Source of the DNA: Candidatus Gottesmanbacteria bacterium CG_4_10_14_0_8_um_filter_37_24
Lineage (GTDB): Bacteria; Patescibacteriota; Microgenomatia; 2-02-FULL-39-11
Reading direction: 5' to 3'
Assembly (NCBI GenBank): GCA_002785215.1
Contig: PFMK01000091.1
Coordinates: 1 to 43,281, forward strand
DNA: 43,281 nt
A program made the translations under genes and the position numbers. Below, piece by piece: positions 39,187 through 43,281 of the stretch. Below the pieces are notes generated by a model. The model saw only the letters and a program-made list of their open reading frames with translations. It made no database searches and had not been told where the DNA came from. The first letter of the stretch is position 1. Every line of letters starts with the position of its first letter.

Positions 39187-39927
39187 ATGACAAGAAGACT
39201 GAATTCTTTTGAGCTTCATTTCAAAGATAAGAATGACCATGATAATGCAGTAATTATAGACAAAGAACCTGATACATGTCCTCTCTGTAATCATGGTATT
39301 GAGGCACTACTTATTGATGCATATGGTAAATCTGACTTAAACAAAGGTCATTTTATTCAATCCATATACAAGTGTCCTCGTATAGATTGTCAGACAGTTT
39401 TTATCGCATATTACACTTCGGGCTCTTGGTATGGACCTAGAAATATCAGTGAGTATGTTTTTCTTCAAAATACTTTTATACCAGCATATATAAAAGAGGA
39501 GAACTTTGAAAAAGAGATTGAAAGATTATCACCACAGTTTGTAGAAATATATACCCAAGCAAGTATTGCTGAAAACATGGGATTGAAAGCTATTTGCGGA
39601 GCAGGATACCGCAAGGCTTTAGAATACCTGATTAAAGACTATCTAAAACTGACCATGCCCACGATTACTAAAGAAGTAGAGAATCACTATTTAGGTTATG
39701 TGATAGCTAACTATGTTGGAAATGAAAGAATCAAAAAAATGGCAGGTTTAGCAAAGAACGTAGGCAACGATGAAACTCATTACATAAGGAAAATAGACAA
39801 ACTATCTTTAGAAGATTTAAAAAAGCTGATAAGACTTACTACTCATTGGATAACTGACGAATTGCTTACAGAAGAATACGCCACAATTTACGAAAAGTTA
39901 ATGACTAATGACAAAGATAAAAAATAA
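39187..39927 (+). CDS. Zn-ribbon + DUF4145 (HEPN-like) protein
   Basis: CPLC, CPRIDC, GYRKALEYLIKDY, GNDETH. Confidence 0.8.
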   Translation: MTRRLNSFELHFKDKNDHDNAVIIDKEPDTCPLCNHGIEALLIDAYGKSDLNKGHFIQSIYKCPRIDCQTVFIAYYTSGSWYGPRNISEYVFLQNTFIPAYIKEENFEKEIERLSPQFVEIYTQASIAENMGLKAICGAGYRKALEYLIKDYLKLTMPTITKEVENHYLGYVIANYVGNERIKKMAGLAKNVGNDETHYIRKIDKLSLEDLKKLIRLTTHWITDELLTEEYATIYEKLMTNDKDKK

Positions 39928-39993
39928 TCGTTAAACACTGTTTATTTAACGATTTAAAGATAACTGTCGATAAGTTAATGTTTAAACGATACT

Positions 39994-40905
39994 CTAACTC
40001 ATCTTCAGTAATTTTGAAGCAACCACAGCTAAAAGACTGCCTGTAAAATTTGAAATTGTGTCTGTAGCCACCCTTTTTAACCAAGCAACAGCCTTATTTT
40101 TAAAATTTTTATCTTTTTTAATCCTTTTCTCAAATTCATTCTTCACTATTCTATGGATTCTCCTTTTCAAAACATCATCACTAACTTCTGAATAAGTCTT
40201 ATCAATCTTTTTAATTATTTCAGTCCATTTACTCAATGGAGATTCACTTAATAAGTCAACATTCTTAGAAATGTCTTTAACAATTTTTTGATGATTTATT
40301 TTTATTATTTGTGGGGAGTTTCTTTTATTTATTGAAGCATCGATATTTGAATTTATGACATCTCCCCCTACATTAATATTAGTTATTTGATTAATGCCAT
40401 TTTTTTTGGAAAAGATTTTTTTATAAATTATTACTTGTCTTTCATCTGCTTCTCTAAATTTATAGAATACATTTTTTCTTGGGACTATTCTCAAAATCTC
40501 TGCAGCTACTTCTAATTCTCCTTCTTTGAATAAAACATTAAACCATTTTAAAAAATTTCTACCTAGTATAGGACAAGGCACTTCTATTTTGGGAGAAAAA
40601 AAGACATCCAAAGGAAATTCGACAGTAGAAAGTCTACAACTAAGTTTAGTACTATATACATTTATTACACGACTGTCGATACCTATAACCTGATTAGTCT
40701 CTAATTTTTTATAGTTAACTTTACCTTCAAATAATGACAGTATTATTTTATAAGGAACTAAGGACATGTCTGCCCCTGTATCTAATAGAAAACGAAAACT
40801 GTAGGCTCTATTTTTTAACCCCAAAATATCTACAGGGATTATAGGGGTAGCTATCTTGCCAAAACCAATACTATCTCGAAATTCATAAGGGAATCTATAA
40901 ATCAT
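39994..40905 (-). CDS. Retropepsin-like aspartic protease fused to a C-terminal helical domain
   Basis: FLLDTGAD and ILGRNFL motifs; about 165-aa extension. Confidence 0.8.
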   Translation of the reverse strand: MIYRFPYEFRDSIGFGKIATPIIPVDILGLKNRAYSFRFLLDTGADMSLVPYKIILSLFEGKVNYKKLETNQVIGIDSRVINVYSTKLSCRLSTVEFPLDVFFSPKIEVPCPILGRNFLKWFNVLFKEGELEVAAEILRIVPRKNVFYKFREADERQVIIYKKIFSKKNGINQITNINVGGDVINSNIDASINKRNSPQIIKINHQKIVKDISKNVDLLSESPLSKWTEIIKKIDKTYSEVSDDVLKRRIHRIVKNEFEKRIKKDKNFKNKAVAWLKRVATDTISNFTGSLLAVVASKLLKMS

Positions 40906-41009
40906 ATCAATAGACTTCTTGCGTAATTAGGTAATGACTGTATTTCTTGTTACGCAATACGTTTATTATACTACAGAGATATATCGTGAGTAAGACTGTG
41001 GGGTAAATG

Positions 41010-41044
41010 AAAGAGGCTAGGTTATTTTACTTCCTAGCCTCTTT
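41010..41044 (-). terminator. Intrinsic terminator for the small-ORF cluster (possibly bidirectional)
   Basis: AAAGAGGCTAGG/CCTAGCCTCTTT perfect inverted repeat. Confidence 0.8.
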
Positions 41045-41060
41045 TAACCAAGCTTAATCT

Positions 41061-41459
41061 TTACTTTTTTATATTCCTTGGTTTTAGAAATGGAGCTACC
41101 ACGTCTATCTCTCTTATAGCATCATCTATACTCTCAAACTCTTTCCCTAAGTCTTTTCCTGATGGTGTCATTATCCGTGTAGAACCGTCTTTTAACCCGC
41201 CATAGACTTCTATCACACAGCTCTTGTATGGCAGTATTAAATCTGGCATATGAAGTCCTGCTGGATTCTCTTTTGAGTGTATATTTAACTCTTCTTCCTC
41301 TCTAGCTTCTTGTTCAGCTGCTAAAACTATCCGAGAGGTTTTTCCCAATCTTTTATGACTTACCAACACGTATCCTAAAGCTAAGAAGAACAGCCAGTAT
41401 TCTCCGCTTATAAGAGTTCCAAGGACTAATAGAATTTCGTATGGTAGTAACGACTTCAT
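41061..41459 (-). CDS. Hypothetical membrane protein
   Basis: N-terminal hydrophobic segments; 4-nt overlap with the upstream gene. Confidence 0.7.
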   Translation of the reverse strand: MKSLLPYEILLVLGTLISGEYWLFFLALGYVLVSHKRLGKTSRIVLAAEQEAREEEELNIHSKENPAGLHMPDLILPYKSCVIEVYGGLKDGSTRIMTPSGKDLGKEFESIDDAIREIDVVAPFLKPRNIKK

Positions 41460-41710
41460 GCTTTTTTGTTTTGCTTTTTAACTTCTTTCTTATTATTAAC
41501 AGCCTCTTGTTTGACTGTATTTGCTTTGTCATTTACAGATTTAACCTCTAATGGTTTTAGTTCCTTATTTGCTTTCTTTAGAGCTTTTCGCTTCTCATAG
41601 TATCGTTTTGCTGCCATTTTGCCCTTTTCCGATTGTTGGTATTTTTTTCTTGAAGCTACACCTTTCGAACTGTAATAATAACGTTTTTGTGATTCTGTCC
41701 ATTTACCCAT
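41456..41710 (-). CDS. Small basic phage-like protein; likely start MGKW
   Basis: AAGGAGGTGA RBS; repeated Y-x-x-S-x-KG units. Confidence 0.7.
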   Translation of the reverse strand: MGKWTESQKRYYYSSKGVASRKKYQQSEKGKMAAKRYYEKRKALKKANKELKPLEVKSVNDKANTVKQEAVNNKKEVKKQNKKA

Positions 41711-41746
41711 TTTCATCACCTCCTTAAACATTTATTAAACTAAACT

Positions 41747-41929
41747 TCAAAACAGATTTACTAACACTTCTTTTGGCACTAGATTCTTTCTAATCATTTG
41801 AGCGAGCAATTTGTCTCCTTTTTCACTATCAAACTCTACAAACTCTGGAAGTCTGTCTAATGGTACTTTCCTGAATTGTTTTAATCTGTAATCTACTGTA
41901 TAGCCTTTATATGTAGGTAATATATTCAT
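41747..41929 (-). CDS. Small hypothetical protein
   Basis: AGGAGGTGA RBS; YKGYTVDYRLKQFR...EFVEFDSEKG. Confidence 0.7.
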   Translation of the reverse strand: MNILPTYKGYTVDYRLKQFRKVPLDRLPEFVEFDSEKGDKLLAQMIRKNLVPKEVLVNLF

Positions 41930-41985
41930 GCTTCATCACCTCCTGACGATATAAATAAAGTTAACAACGGCCTTTTTAGGCCCTG

Positions 41986-42189
41986 TTATTCCAGAACCTT
42001 CACTATGACCACATAGTAGGTATTTGAGCTGTTCCAGCCACTATACAAGAAGTTGCATTTTGTGATATTAAGCCTGTTACATACCTCGTCTTTGAAATCA
42101 TCCTCGCTGTCCGCTTCCATCTTCTCAGCCTGACTTGCAGTTAACACCAATACTTTGGTTGTTTCGTTGTCGATGATTTGTTCTTTCAT
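41986..42189 (-). CDS. Small hypothetical protein; likely start MKEQ
   Basis: AAGGAGAG RBS before the ATG at 42189. Confidence 0.55.
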   Translation of the reverse strand: MKEQIIDNETTKVLVLTASQAEKMEADSEDDFKDEVCNRLNITKCNFLYSGWNSSNTYYVVIVKVLE

Positions 42190-42595
42190 ATTTCTCTCCT
42201 TCTTTGTAACCTTGATAACTCTATCCATACCATCTGCACTTCAGAGAAAAAGGTCAACAGTCAAAATAGAGTTTTGGATTGTTGGGAAAAGATAAAGTCT
42301 TCAATCAGAAGAGGTCAGAAGTATTTAAGAAAGATATTCCAGTTATGGAGTATCTCAGGCAAGATAAGAAACATTCCGTCATTGATTAGGGAAATGCAAT
42401 AGATTGATATAGTTACTCCGTCTATTTAAAATACCTTCAATTTTTGGTATATTACGAATACACATAAGCAAAAGAGGTTTGTGTGTTGGCTTGAGAACCG
42501 TAGTTAGGTCACAGCAGGAATAAGAGCAGGTTTCACTCTTTCTATCTCTTCTCTTATTTGCTGTACTAGTTTGAAATCTTGGAATATCTCGATAA

Positions 42596-42629
42596 CCCTT
42601 CGATACTGAGCGGAGCCGAAGTACTCAGG
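42596..42629. repeat. REP-like short palindromic element
   Basis: CCCTTCGATACTGAGCGGAGCCGAAGTACTCAGG with CTTCG/CGAAG and CTGAG/CTCAG complements. Confidence 0.5.
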
Positions 42630-42782
42630 ATAAATATGCAGAAATCGCTTGGTTATATTAGAGTTACGATTCTCGAGCCAGGTATTTTCCGCACGACTTC
42701 TGCATACAAATTACCTGGAAAAATCCTATAATACATTGCTATCTTCTACTCTTCCTGTTATACTGATGAGAACGAAAATATA

Positions 42783-43178
42783 ATGATAATACCTTTTTTT
42801 ATTCCCTCCTCTCTTTCTATAACAAAATGGGCATACCAAAAATCAAAACTTAAGTCCATACCAGAGTGGGATGAACTGATAACTACTATAGAAAATGCTG
42901 ATCTTCTATTAACCCTTGCATCAGATCAAAATTGTCCCCAGAGAGCCTCTATTTTGAAATGTCTATACTCTCTCGTAGGAACAAGTGCATCAAAACATAT
43001 TGATGTGGATATTGTGAAAATAAATATGTTACTGGATAAAGCAAAATCATCTCCTGACCAGGTTATTCTCAATTGGGTGAACAGGTCACGGATGATATTA
43101 GGTGATCTAAGAAAGTTTGATTATATAGAATGGTGCCGAGGTGGTTTTTCGGAAAAAGATTTACCCGCAGTCCATTAG
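42783..43178 (+). CDS. Hypothetical protein
   Basis: 131-aa ORF with WAY...EWD...LASDQNCP...CLY...WC pattern. Confidence 0.65.
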   Translation: MIIPFFIPSSLSITKWAYQKSKLKSIPEWDELITTIENADLLLTLASDQNCPQRASILKCLYSLVGTSASKHIDVDIVKINMLLDKAKSSPDQVILNWVNRSRMILGDLRKFDYIEWCRGGFSEKDLPAVH

Positions 43179-43281
43179 GGAAATTGAACACAGCTTCTCA
43201 TAGTTAGTTTTGACATCTTGCAAGTTATACCCAAACTCAACCTTTCTGTTCCTGAATATGTTAACCAGGGGAGCTAAGTTT

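Larger units (their letters stand above)
26000..42500. mobile_element. Accessory/defence island next to tRNA-Asn; boundaries approximate, no integrase seen
   Basis: Starts at the tRNA 3' end; visibly more AT-rich; orphan, R-M, nuclease and phage-like genes. Confidence 0.55.

Noticed and set aside
42230..42780. attR copy of the tRNA-Asn 3' end
   Set aside because: I found no match to CCACGCGGGGGAG by eye, so the island's right boundary is undefined.
43161..43281. Open minus-strand frame at the right edge
   Set aside because: Only about 39 codons are visible with no motif, so it cannot be assigned.

Overview
This is an AT-rich bacterial chromosome segment. The gene set (VirD4/HerA-like ATPase, DUF5667-like protein, intron-split tRNA, palindromic repeats) suggests a CPR/Patescibacteria, Microgenomates-like host; this is an inference. 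The left part (1-25.9 kb) is core or metabolic. It holds a tRNA-Ile(UAU) and a B12 module: nrdR, nrdJ, PduO-type adenosyltransferase, a cobalamin riboswitch, and DUF4430/BtuM-like uptake genes. It also holds Zur-ZnuABC, an AmrB-AmrA fusion, CbiMN-Q-O, an HD protein, a four-helix-bundle gene closed by a 25-bp stem, and a tRNA-Asn(GUU) split by a 220-nt group I intron. The right part (26-42.5 kb) is an accessory/defence island with no integrase visible in the window. It carries collagen-like and membrane proteins, a RadC-N gene coupled to a type IIG R-M gene, and a frameshifted GmrSD-HEPN-reader fusion. It also carries a further PD-(D/E)xK nuclease, DUF4145, a retropepsin fusion and small phage-like ORFs. 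The best candidate for an undescribed system is a Ser/Thr kinase fused to a TGT/Beta-like Zn-binding barrel, paired with a convergent wHTH-PD-(D/E)xK nuclease (33083-35761). All family calls come from motif recognition by eye; no searches were run.
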